Shown here piece after piece: positions 31,406-41,516 of a stretch of DNA of 64,000 bases. The position numbers and the translations under genes are program-made. Positions within the stretch are counted from its first letter, which is position 1; every line of letters begins with the position of its first letter. The notes below the pieces were generated by a model. It was not told where the DNA came from. It was given only the letters and a program-made list of their open reading frames with translations, and made no database searches. Source of the DNA: Mayamaea pseudoterrestris (lineage: Eukaryota); NCBI GenBank assembly GCA_027923505.1, contig BROI01000011.1, positions 496,001 to 560,000 of the forward strand, in the 5' to 3' direction.

Positions 31406-33232
31406 CTACTTTTTGTTTTCAGATAGCTCTAAAGCTCGCAAAATGCTAGACGTGGCCATGCCGTAAGCTCCATTTCCTTCCAAGCCTTGGACTTGCTTTT
31501 CCATGTACAAAAAGCAATGAAGAACCCAATCCAACTCTAGAACACCATCTGAAAACTTGTCCAGTGCATCAAAAAGTTGGTCTTTGGCAAAAAAGTACTT
31601 ATTGTTTCCCAAAAATCTGAGAGCCAAGGTCTCCATTTCCTGCCAAATACCAAGCAATAAAGGCTTCAATGGAACAATGGCAGATGGCAAAATGCTAGTG
31701 CTGCTACCACTGACATCTAACTTGCCAACAGAATTGGATTCCTCCGATTCTTTCAAGTCAGAGATCTTGCGCTTCTTGGCATTTTCAACATTTACAGAGC
31801 TGCTTGTGCTTGCAGAGCCAGCTTGTGAGCCTTGGCTGCCTTCACAAATGCTCAAAAGAGGATTTACTTGATCCTGCTGCACGACTCCTGCTGTAGCTTG
31901 CTTCTGTCCAGCAAGTGTTGCTGTAGAATCACTTTTGTGTATGGAATGAACCAAAATTCCCATCCCAAGTTTCAGAGAGAAATCCAAAGGGTGCATTTCC
32001 GCCTTGGCTGTGGCATCATTCTCCAACTTGAAAAACCGATACAACAGATGCTTGACAAACCACCTACAACTGTTGATTTCAATGGGGGTCCACCCAAGAG
32101 TCTGGAGCTTACCTGCAAATGGTGCTCCATTGTAAAAACCTTGACCGAAGTGCACAGTATGGTAGCCAGCTGAGTCCGACAGAAATTGGTACATAACAAG
32201 GGCACTCATTGCAGCAAAGGTTGATTTGTTCTTTTTGTTCTGGTTGAGAAAATTTTTGAGGCCTAGCTTCTGCTGCATCATTTTCTGGATGTTAAGATCT
32301 GCAGATACATGCTGAAAAACATTTTTAGCAATCCATGATTATTCTGAAATACATTCAGGACATGAGTGTACTTACCGTGCTTTGATAATGCCCAAAAATT
32401 ATTTGAGCCATGGACTGGAAAGCCACTCGCATAGCCTGCATTTCACGCTTTGAAGATGGATCAAGGAAGGCCTCAAAGTATGAAGAGATGCAACTGTGGG
32501 GATCCTTGCGCCCATTTCTTGACAGCTCACTTTTTGGAAGCACCAAAACAGCTCCAATGATGACCAAAAAAGCCATGAGATTCTTGTAGGATGTAATGTG
32601 ACAAGATTCTTTCTTGCCTGTCTCCATGGTTTCTTCCTTGACAGTGGCATAAGGAATGAGACTGCCAATATTGTCAAAAACAAACTCTCCCTGCAGCTCA
32701 GTGACCCACTTATGCAAAATGCATGCATATTCCTTGAAATTTAAGTTGTTTTGCTGCGACAGGCCATGCAAAACTGAAAACAAAAATGAGTTTCACTGAA
32801 ATTGCAGCACTTTTCACCAAAACACCAAAACTTACCAATTACTTTGCGAAGCAGCATCATCAAATCCTTTCCTCCCTTGGTGACCTGAATCAGCTCCAAA
32901 TCAAGGGCTTGGCAAGCAAAGACAGTGGATTTGGTGAGCTCAGCAAGCATGCCATAGAATTGCTTGCCAACCTCACCATTTGCAAAAGAGAAAAGTGCAT
33001 CAAGTGCTATTGAGCTTGAGAGATCAGCCTCTTGAATGTTAGTGACCTTATTGACAACCTCCTTGATGATGTTTTGGTACTTTAATAGTTTTTGCTGGAA
33101 CTCTTCTTTGGATCGCAGGTTGAGCAAGGCGGGCCTATCTTGATTGGCATGAATAATGTCTTGCACCAGCTTTTCAATGGCTTCAATGTGAGAAGTAGAC
33201 ATGGCTGATGTTACATTGATTGGAAAAGGCAT
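31406..33232 (-). CDS. Orphan three-exon gene (about 566 aa), strongly CpG-depleted; introns 32774-32835 and 32312-32375
   Basis: Three consecutive minus-strand ORFs are joined in frame by two GTAAGT...TTTTCAG introns (KVI-V-LHG and QST|HVSADL). No family recognised. Confidence 0.7.
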
Positions 33233-33537
33233 GGAGTGGCGAATGCTGTGTTCAAAATCTGTTTTTGTGGCTGCAAAATATCCTGTGTGCTGTCACTTCA
33301 ACAGTGAAGATTTGACGGTCAGTGATGCTCGTCAGTTTGTCGGAGGGTATCAGCTCATTTCAGTTACTATGGAGTTTCATGTGCTATTATAACCGCTATT
33401 AAACGGTATTTGCGACAATGGGTACACTAGAAACCATACTCACAGTCGATCGATGCTTCGCGGCAAACACCATCCGTTTTTCCGTTTTTCAAGTTTGATG
33501 TGCGATACAAACTTGCACTTTGGAGCGTATTTCCAAC

Positions 33538-35463
33538 ATGAAGGAGTCAAAGAAGGAGAAACGAAAGGACGAAAAGAGAAAGGCTAAAAAGGAAAAGCGA
33601 CGATCACTTGATAAAGACAAGGACGACAATGCAAGCATTGACTCGGATAATGATGATGATCGCCGCGCTAAGAAGAAACGCAAAATGGAAAAGAGAAAGC
33701 GAGAACGAAAATCTCAAGAGAATAATGATTCATTCTCGTCCTCCCTGTCGCCGTCAAAAAATGACGCTGCTACTGATGATTCATCCTTGAGCAAGCAGAC
33801 GCCTCCATCTGCCGCAGCGACTGCCGCTCCAGTTGCATTTACGGTGGAGTCTCCTCGTCCCTTTGTCGAGTCATCGGCTCTCCAAGAAGTCACGAGCAAG
33901 CCGCAAGCTGAAACTGACTGCAATACATCACTGCTGCTCTTTTACCAATACGTCGAGCCCGCATGGTCGGCGCAGTACTACAGCAAGACGGTCAAGCCAA
34001 AGGTGCAGGAGATTGCATCGCAGGCTGGCGTCAAGGGACGCATGCGCGTCGCTCGGGAAGGCTTGAACTGCACACTGACTGGCACCAAACGTGCCATTCA
34101 TGACTTTTGCAATCATCTTCGTCAATGGCAGCCCGAGCTGTTTTGCAGCACGGAATTTAAAATGACGCACGACTTGCCGCAGAAGCAAGCTTTTGGCGAT
34201 TTGAAACTCATTCCAGTGACGGAGTTGGTAAACTATGGCTTGCAGGACGGCACGGCTTTGGCGCAATACGGCGGCACGCACTTGGAGCCGCGCGACTATC
34301 ACGCGAAACTCGCGCAACCCGAGACGGTGGTCATTGACGTGCGCAACCATTACGAAACCAACATTGGTCGGTTCACTCCACCGGGTGCAACGTGGCTGGA
34401 TCCGCACATGCGCAAGTCGACCGAGTTTCCAGTCTGGCTCAATGATCCAGAGACGCAGCAGTCGCTCAAGGACAAGACGGTGCTCATGTATTGTACCGGT
34501 GGTATAAGGTGTGAGCGGGCGAGTGCGCTGCTCAAGTATAAAATGGAAACGGATCCAGCGGTCAAGGATTTGAACATCAAGGGTGTGTATCAACTGCAGG
34601 GTGGTATTGACAAGTATTTTAAAGAGTTTCCCGATGGTGGATATTGGAAGGGCAAGGTGAGTGGTCACTCCTCGTTTGGTATGCGCAGCGACATGTTTGA
34701 TGATCGCATTTGCTGACATATCATCATTCTTTTCTCGCAGAACTATGTATTCGACAAGCGATTTGCTCATTATCCACCTGTGCAGCAAGCTGCTGCATTG
34801 TCAAAGGAGGAATCTGCATCCACTTCCGCGTCCTCGCAACCTTTGGATTCCGACTCGAACGTGTCAGCCATTGATTTACAGCCATTGGGCAAGTGCGAAG
34901 CCTGCGACAAGGCCTGGGACATGTACCGCGGCAAGCGCCGGTGTCCGACCTGCGGTGTTCCAAGCCTTATTTGCCGAGACTGTTGGAAGGCGCACGAGGA
35001 GGGCATTAGAGTTATTGATCGATCCGTCCGGTGTGACCTTTGCGTCCAGCAAAACATTCAATCGAAGCATGAATTGCGAGAAAAGGAGCAACATGATTTG
35101 CAAGAATACGAGGCGACGTTGCTGGAGAAAGGTTTGCTGTCGTCAAAGGGCGAGGAGTGGGTTTCTGAAGCGAATCCCGACGGCATTACGCGGCTCTTTT
35201 TGCGAAACATGTGCCGCAAAAGTATGACGGATGAGCTCTTGATCCAAACGCTACCTGGCGTGACGCACATTGTTTGGCGAATGGATCGCAAGACTGGCGA
35301 ATTCTCCGGTCAAGCGTGGGTTGAAATGGAGTCTGCTGAAGCTGCTGCTCTTGCAGTGGCGAAGAATGGTGTCAAGGTACTTGGTCGACCGATGTACATT
35401 GAATACCAGCTAGCTGATGGAAAGGATGCGTGGCCTCCACCGTCTAGTGCAGTCGGGAGGTAG
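33538..35463 (+). CDS. UPF0176/TrhO(TSTD2)-like rhodanese protein with Cys-rich Rhodanese_C region and C-terminal RRM; intron 34657-34740
   Basis: LLFYQY, GRMRVAREGLN, DVRNHYE, MYCTGGIRCERAS, QLQGGI, spliced WKGK|NYVFDKR; RRM RLFLRNM...SGQAWVEM. Confidence 0.88.
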
Positions 35464-35489
35464 TTAAAGTCAGTCGACCAATCATTGTA

Positions 35490-35870
35490 TTAATATCCTT
35501 TTTCCCCTTGTCTCTCGTCTCGTCCCTTCTCATTCAAATTCATCCTGTCACTTCGCCAGATCAGATTGTACCGACCATGATTCCAAAACGAGGTTCCGCA
35601 AATAATCCTTTTGGAAACGCGCACCATACGTGTCATCGGCAGATCAATGAGAGCGTGGGAATGCTTCGAGTCGCTCCCAAGTGAGTGGCAATGTCCCAAC
35701 CTCATCAGCGTCCCAGCAAATGGAATGCAATCTTCTTTGTGCGCTATCCAGTGATCCCTCTGGCGGTCCTTGCTATAGTAAGCCTTCTTCTTGCACCGGC
35801 TGCAACATTGAAACTTAACGCTTGTTAGTGTATCGCAGTAGGAGCAAGTGAATGGATGAGAAAAGGACAT
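35490..35870 (-). pseudogene. Degenerate partial copy of the neighbouring MYND gene
   Basis: MYND with two Cys lost (AYYSKDRQ vs AYCTKECQ); the next motif, LPLTWERLEAF, lies in a shifted frame. Confidence 0.7.
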
Positions 35871-35975
35871 AATTGAGCTTTCCTGACAGGAGAATGATTT
35901 GCAGTCTACAATTACAGTAGTACTTGCAACAATAAAAAGTAAGCAGCACAGATTACAACATTCTGTTATATTTCT

Positions 35976-37010
35976 TCATTTGATTCGAATGTTTACCAAG
36001 TCTTCCTCCTCGATTCGGGCGCCCGAAGATCCATCCAGGAAACCATGGAACCGTGGATTCTTCCAGACCAACACCTTGCCCGTTGTGAAACCGGGAATCG
36101 TTCGACTCTCCGTGTAGGCGGCGACTCGCTTGCAAATGCCTGCACGATCCTTGCACAAGGCGATCAATCGCAAATGTGGTTCTTGATGAATAAAACGAAC
36201 TTCCAAGCTCTTGCCAGGGGCGACGCCAAATTCCTCCAATTGCTCCCATGTCAATGGCAGGCGCTTGGTATCCTCCTTGCTCAACTCTTCGATCGAAATA
36301 CACTCCTTCTTGTGCGCCTTCCAGTGACTAACCTGGCATTCTTTGGTGCAGTACGCCTGCTTCTTGCACCGACTGCAGCACTGAAGCCTGTGTGTCGTGA
36401 CTTTGCGACAAAAAGTACACGTGTGCGGATCAACCGAAATGTCTCGCTGCGCCGACGGAGGCTCGGCAATAAATTGCTCGTACACGCGCTGCGCCTCGGG
36501 TCCGTCCCACGTATCATCATCAGTAATTGGCCCATTCGATTTAAGCTCCTTCACCAGTCGAGCAATACCAGCTCTTGCTGCAGTTGCAGGGCTAACTTCA
36601 CCCCTGTCTTTCATAGCTTTTTCAAATGCAACTCGTTCAGCTTTCATCGTCAAAAGCTTGTCCCGCTCCTTGCAAAGAGCGTCATTTATCTCCAAGCCCC
36701 TGCCTTGCTTTTCCAGTATATGTAGTTCAAGATGTACATCCAACATTTCCTCCCGCTGCTTCTCGCCAAAGTAAGACTCCCAATGCGCTCGAGCCTCTGG
36801 ACTCTGGACGGACAAGCTCGCAAAACTCTCTTCCAGCAACACTTTGCGCTCCGCTAGTTCTTCGATGCGCGTCGGAGGCCGACGCAATCTTGCTCGCTGC
36901 TCGGCCATGCGGTTCGGCATGTCGAAGCTCATGCAACATTCGTTGCAGTGCTCGCGACGATGAGGCTCGCAGAAACAGCGTCCAATGCTGTCGTTGTATA
37001 CAGATGGCAT
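35976..37010 (-). CDS. MYND zinc-finger protein
   Basis: CTFC...CSRCKKQAYCTKECQVSHWKAHKKEC; N-terminal Cys/His cluster CEPHRREHCNEC. Confidence 0.85.
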   Translation of the reverse strand: MPSVYNDSIGRCFCEPHRREHCNECCMSFDMPNRMAEQRARLRRPPTRIEELAERKVLLEESFASLSVQSPEARAHWESYFGEKQREEMLDVHLELHILEKQGRGLEINDALCKERDKLLTMKAERVAFEKAMKDRGEVSPATAARAGIARLVKELKSNGPITDDDTWDGPEAQRVYEQFIAEPPSAQRDISVDPHTCTFCRKVTTHRLQCCSRCKKQAYCTKECQVSHWKAHKKECISIEELSKEDTKRLPLTWEQLEEFGVAPGKSLEVRFIHQEPHLRLIALCKDRAGICKRVAAYTESRTIPGFTTGKVLVWKNPRFHGFLDGSSGARIEEEDLVNIRIK

Positions 37011-37721
37011 GATAATGTGGAGAAGAAGAGGAAACAAATTAATGGTTGGTCATCATCTATTTTGATTGCAACGTCGAATGCCATCTGCCGATGATTGTGA
37101 TGGTCAACATTATCGCCAAACGGTCATTTTTACAATCGCACCGGTTCTGCATTAAAGCTTCTACACTGTGGCTCATAGTGCAAAGCTAAACTACACCCCG
37201 ATGCTGAGTATTTTATTCAATTGGCCCAGAGACGCTCTTAATGACGTCAAAGTGGTCTTTCGCCCCACACAACATGGCTACAGTGTTTTATTCAAAAGCT
37301 TGGAAATGATCCTTTTTGCCCACCCCCTTTGGCCGACTGACGAGCATCTCCTGCTTCTTTTGCCTCTCTACGTTGCTCTTTTGCTCTATAAACCTAGTAA
37401 ACAAGCATTTATCATTTACTTTGGACAAGCAAGTCAGTCTCTAACTAGTCGCCGCTCACTCGGAGCACCCCAAGCTTCAAATATGATTCCACGATACGTA
37501 CACTACCTTAATCGTATATGAGTACGGTAGAAGTTCATTGACGAGAACAACAGCAATGCTACAATAAGACATATATAGGTAGATCTATAGATGCTGCATG
37601 TTACCCAAATCGAGTCGCATCTATACCCGGCATCTTGCATAGAGCTAGCCATTGACGCTCGAGGCAGCGTCGTTACGAATGATCCGTCATTGTTCGCCGT
37701 ACCCACCAAGCGGCCCAACTG

Positions 37722-38294
37722 CTAGACGTCCTCATTCGCCGAGGCTGCCTCGTCATGCTCACTAGATTCACCTCCAGTCTCGCCCCGCGTCACATTCTCG
37801 ATAGGCAGAGCCGCACGTCCCTCCGTATGAAGTGTCTCAATATGATTGCGGTATATGAACATCATATGCGTTAAATGTTCCTGGCGCAGCTCGAGATTGG
37901 CCAATTGTTCAAGACTAACATTGTACCTTTCGTGCAACTCGTTCCGCGCCCGTACGATAGTGGTTAGCTCAATCTCGCGCGCCGCGTCAAGACGCTCCGA
38001 TTGCAGAAGTTGGCGTTGCAGCGATTGCACTTGATTTCGCTTGGCGTTCAATTCCGCCAAAAGAAAGGGCACCATGAGAGCGAGAGAAAGTTCATGCTCA
38101 TGCTGCAGGAGAGTCGGCTGCTCATTGACGTCAATTGGTTCTACAACGTCATTGACAGAGACGGGAGCATCTTCTTGGTCGCGTGGAGCAGACATGATAT
38201 TGACAGGATGAGGGGCATGTAATGTAGGTGCTGGAACCAGAGCTGCAGTAGGCGCAGCAGTCGAAGGATTGTTTGTGTTGACGACCAATGCCAT
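37722..38294 (-). CDS. Hypothetical coiled-coil protein
   Basis: ORF with a heptad-like L/E/Q/R-rich stretch; no family recognised; start uncertain. Confidence 0.45.
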   Translation of the reverse strand: MALVVNTNNPSTAAPTAALVPAPTLHAPHPVNIMSAPRDQEDAPVSVNDVVEPIDVNEQPTLLQHEHELSLALMVPFLLAELNAKRNQVQSLQRQLLQSERLDAAREIELTTIVRARNELHERYNVSLEQLANLELRQEHLTHMMFIYRNHIETLHTEGRAALPIENVTRGETGGESSEHDEAASANEDV

Positions 38295-38467
38295 TTTGCC
38301 ATCGAGGCGCGAAGCGGCAGCTCGGTGAATGGTGGAGCGACGCAGCTGAAATGTCGCATCACGAATGAGGCTTCGTCGAAGGCGCGCCGCGCCGCGCCAT
38401 GTGCCATGGTTGACCATGAGAGATTCGCAGTCAAGGAACAGCGTCAAGCCACCATCAAGACCTCAAT

Positions 38468-39838
38468 ATGACTTGTAGTAGTAGCGTCCCTCCTCCACAG
38501 CAAACACTATTATGCATCGGCCAAGACTTGTTTTCAATTGACAATTACGTGCGCGAGCAGTATAACTACAGTCTCCATCATTCCGACAATCATTTCCATC
38601 GGCATGCCAACAAGCACCATCAAACGCATGCTGCGCTGAGCGACTACGTTCCAAATGTCGTCATGTCATACACTGACATTCAGACGTTAACGGGTCTCGA
38701 GTCGCCGGCAGATTACGGCAGTGGCATTGAGTATGCCAACATGTTGGACGATCCAAACGGACTATGGAGGAGTCTTCGAATGCGCCAAGACGACGAAGAC
38801 GTTCCTCCGCCGGCGCTCCAACTCGGCCTTTGGCTCAATGGATCGCGAGGATGTCGCGATGTCATCAGTGGCAAGTTGCAACACAATGTCCATCGCCTCT
38901 TTCGCTTTCTCGCCAGCCGATCCTTTCACACGTACTTGCGCATTGGCTACGAGTTTGACAATCCCTCCTTTGGGTATGTCAATGATCCGCAAGCGTTCCA
39001 ACGCGCCTTTAGAACCATGGTAAACTACTGTCGCAGCCGTGTCACGCATTGCCGCACTAAAGTTTCCTTCGTGTGGCACTCGTGGGCAGCGTCGGACGTG
39101 AACCTGGAGCAGTTCTATCCGGGCGACGATTACGTGGATTGGATTGGAGTGAGTCTCTTTCTGCAGCTTCGACGCGATGTGACGAGTAGCATTACGAATA
39201 GTAGCGCAGCAGCTGTTGGCAACTCCATCAACACCGTGGTACGGCGCGTCTTGGACTTTGCCAAGCGTCGCAACAAGCCAATCATGATTGCCGAGTCGAC
39301 TCCCTTTGGCGGCCTGAGTAACATGTTTGATCCATGGAACGAATGGTTCGCACCACTGCTGAACGTCATTGACGACTACAGCGTTGGCATGTTTTGCTAC
39401 ATACACTGCGACTGGGATGCGCAACCAATGTGGCACAATGTTGGCTTTGGCGATACGAGGCTTGCGACGAATGATACAGTCATGCGATTGTGGCGAAAGC
39501 GAGTTTTGAGTAATCCAAGGTTTGTTAGACAGTCAAAGATAGTATCTTGCGATGAACGTGCAGACGTGGAGGAAGAGGCGTCGATGCTCGGTACAAGCTT
39601 TGGCGATACGTTGTCGCTGTCGAGGTGCAGGCCCAACAATTCGACGATAAGAACTTTTGCGTCTGGGGGAATGCTTCTCTTCGGTGCGATGCTTTTGACT
39701 GTCATCCGCCGACGAATGAAGCGACGTGCTATTGCGTCGGAGTCGGAGTCGGTGCGGCTGGAGCAAGAAAATGGCAGCGGCGACAATCTTGAGCATGAAC
39801 GGCAACACTTGGGGTACGGGTCTATCGTAGTACCATAA
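38468..39838 (+). CDS. Glycoside hydrolase family 26-like protein with C-terminal TM anchor
   Basis: LRIGYEFD (acid/base Glu), FVWHSW, FYPGDDYVDWIGVS, KPIMIAES (nucleophile Glu); TM GGMLLFGAMLLTVI followed by RRRMKRR. Confidence 0.85.
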   Translation: MTCSSSVPPPQQTLLCIGQDLFSIDNYVREQYNYSLHHSDNHFHRHANKHHQTHAALSDYVPNVVMSYTDIQTLTGLESPADYGSGIEYANMLDDPNGLWRSLRMRQDDEDVPPPALQLGLWLNGSRGCRDVISGKLQHNVHRLFRFLASRSFHTYLRIGYEFDNPSFGYVNDPQAFQRAFRTMVNYCRSRVTHCRTKVSFVWHSWAASDVNLEQFYPGDDYVDWIGVSLFLQLRRDVTSSITNSSAAAVGNSINTVVRRVLDFAKRRNKPIMIAESTPFGGLSNMFDPWNEWFAPLLNVIDDYSVGMFCYIHCDWDAQPMWHNVGFGDTRLATNDTVMRLWRKRVLSNPRFVRQSKIVSCDERADVEEEASMLGTSFGDTLSLSRCRPNNSTIRTFASGGMLLFGAMLLTVIRRRMKRRAIASESESVRLEQENGSGDNLEHERQHLGYGSIVVP

Positions 39839-39956
39839 GACTATTTGTGATAACATGATAAATTAGATAGATACAGCAACGCAGACATGAAAGACTGAAA
39901 GTGGTTTGTCACCAGCCAAATAGGACAACTCCATTCACCAGGACGACATATATTCT

Positions 39957-40397
39957 TTAGCGAACTCTGCTCAACACCTTGCAAAGAAGTGACCGGTGCC
40001 GGCTAATGCGGCTCTGGACAGGAACCACGGAGGAAGTCTTTTGTTGTTTTCGTTGCTTCATTTTTCGTCGTTCCTCCACGGTGCTGGTGAGGCACGTGAC
40101 AATGACGCTGTCGCCATCCTCCACTTGATGAGACGATCCGTTCCATTCGACGTTGTGTTCCTCGCACCACATTTCAATGCGAAACTGCAGCGCATGGTTG
40201 GGCACCAAATTGGAGGCATTCAAGGGCGCTCGCGTCAATGGACAAGTGTTGCCATGGTGGACGAGCCATTCAAGAATGGCGGTTCGGTCAAAGCAAAGTC
40301 CAGATCTGGTCATCATTGGAGCGATCATAATGTCGGATGTAATGGGACAGAGAAAGGCGTCGGGAATCGATGCGGAGGCTTGTTTGAGTGGACTCAT
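39957..40397 (-). CDS. Small U-box domain protein
   Basis: IPDAFLCPITSDIM...FDRTAILEWL...CPLTR...LVPNHALQFRIEMW. Confidence 0.88.
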   Translation of the reverse strand: MSPLKQASASIPDAFLCPITSDIMIAPMMTRSGLCFDRTAILEWLVHHGNTCPLTRAPLNASNLVPNHALQFRIEMWCEEHNVEWNGSSHQVEDGDSVIVTCLTSTVEERRKMKQRKQQKTSSVVPVQSRISRHRSLLCKVLSRVR

Positions 40398-41516
40398 GGC
40401 GTTTGGCAATGCTGGGAAAATGAGATTGTGAGATCGAGTGATGGATCAAAAAGTGAGGCAATCGTGGGGGCAATGGTGAAAACGGGCGGTGAAACTACTC
40501 GTTCGAAAGTGATCTTCGGTCACAATGATGTCACTGTTTCCGCAGATTCGACATGATGGCTGCGTCGCCAAGCGGAACATTCGACATGACAGGGCCATGG
40601 ACAGTTTGTTAAGATGCACGTAAGTATTGCCTTTTCTTAATGACACTTCCTTGTCATTAGCCACATGCGATTCTTTTGTGACCATTCAGGTATGGACAGC
40701 CAAGGGAATTCTGAAAGAATAGCCTGCGGAAGGCCTTGGCAATACCGCAATTATGGCCGACCATCGACGTAACAAGGTTGACACCTTCCCACGATCGGAA
40801 CCTTTGGCGCCACAGAAGCGAAAAACGTTCCCACTGTCGTCTAATCGTGCGACGCCTCGAGGAACACTGGTGCAGCGATACTGCACGCCGTCGAGTCGCC
40901 TTCCGTTGTTGTATCCATTGACGACCAAATTACCTGGTCAACATGTACTCGAGGTCTGCTCCACGACGAAGCAAGCATGCATTCTCTTCGAATGGATGCT
41001 TCTCTTGAATTCTCGCTCATCGTAATTTGTGATGGGTTGATTCTCTTGAATTCTCGTTCCTGAAGATTGTGACACGGCATGCAGTTTCGCTCTTCGGGAC
41101 CGAGCTGACTAATGATTTGGCATTGGACGAGCCATTGCATTTGAAACTTAGGCATTTGCTTTCCTGTTCCACAGAAGCAAACTGTTTAGACGGTAGATTC
41201 GCCGCCTACTTGCAGAAGCTGCTACCAGTACCCCTTCAGCAATGCGCCTCTGACAATACCTTACTCTTGACAGGAACAAGATTTACAACAACACATGTGT
41301 TGCTTTGTCTTACGTTAGTATAGTCGTAGGGTACTCCTGTATCGCAGAATGTGTTTCGTTTTCAGACGTGCATGAAAACAGCTGAGCGCGCCGGCCGTAG
41401 CTCATGACGTCACAATTGGAGGACGATTGCGGGTTTCGCGGCATGCCACAAAACATCCGACATCAAAACGCTTCTTGTTGACCTCCATTTTTTTAATCCC
41501 GCTCCTACTGTATATT

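Noticed and set aside
31406..33232. Initial reading as a fragmented pseudogene
   Set aside because: Both breaks coincide with canonical GTAAGT...CAG introns that restore the frame.
24880..33440. Possible TIRs or Helitron ends around the CpG-depleted gene (TGTCGC/GCGACA; CTAG at 33427)
   Set aside because: Matches are too short and imperfect, with no TSD or correct insertion context.
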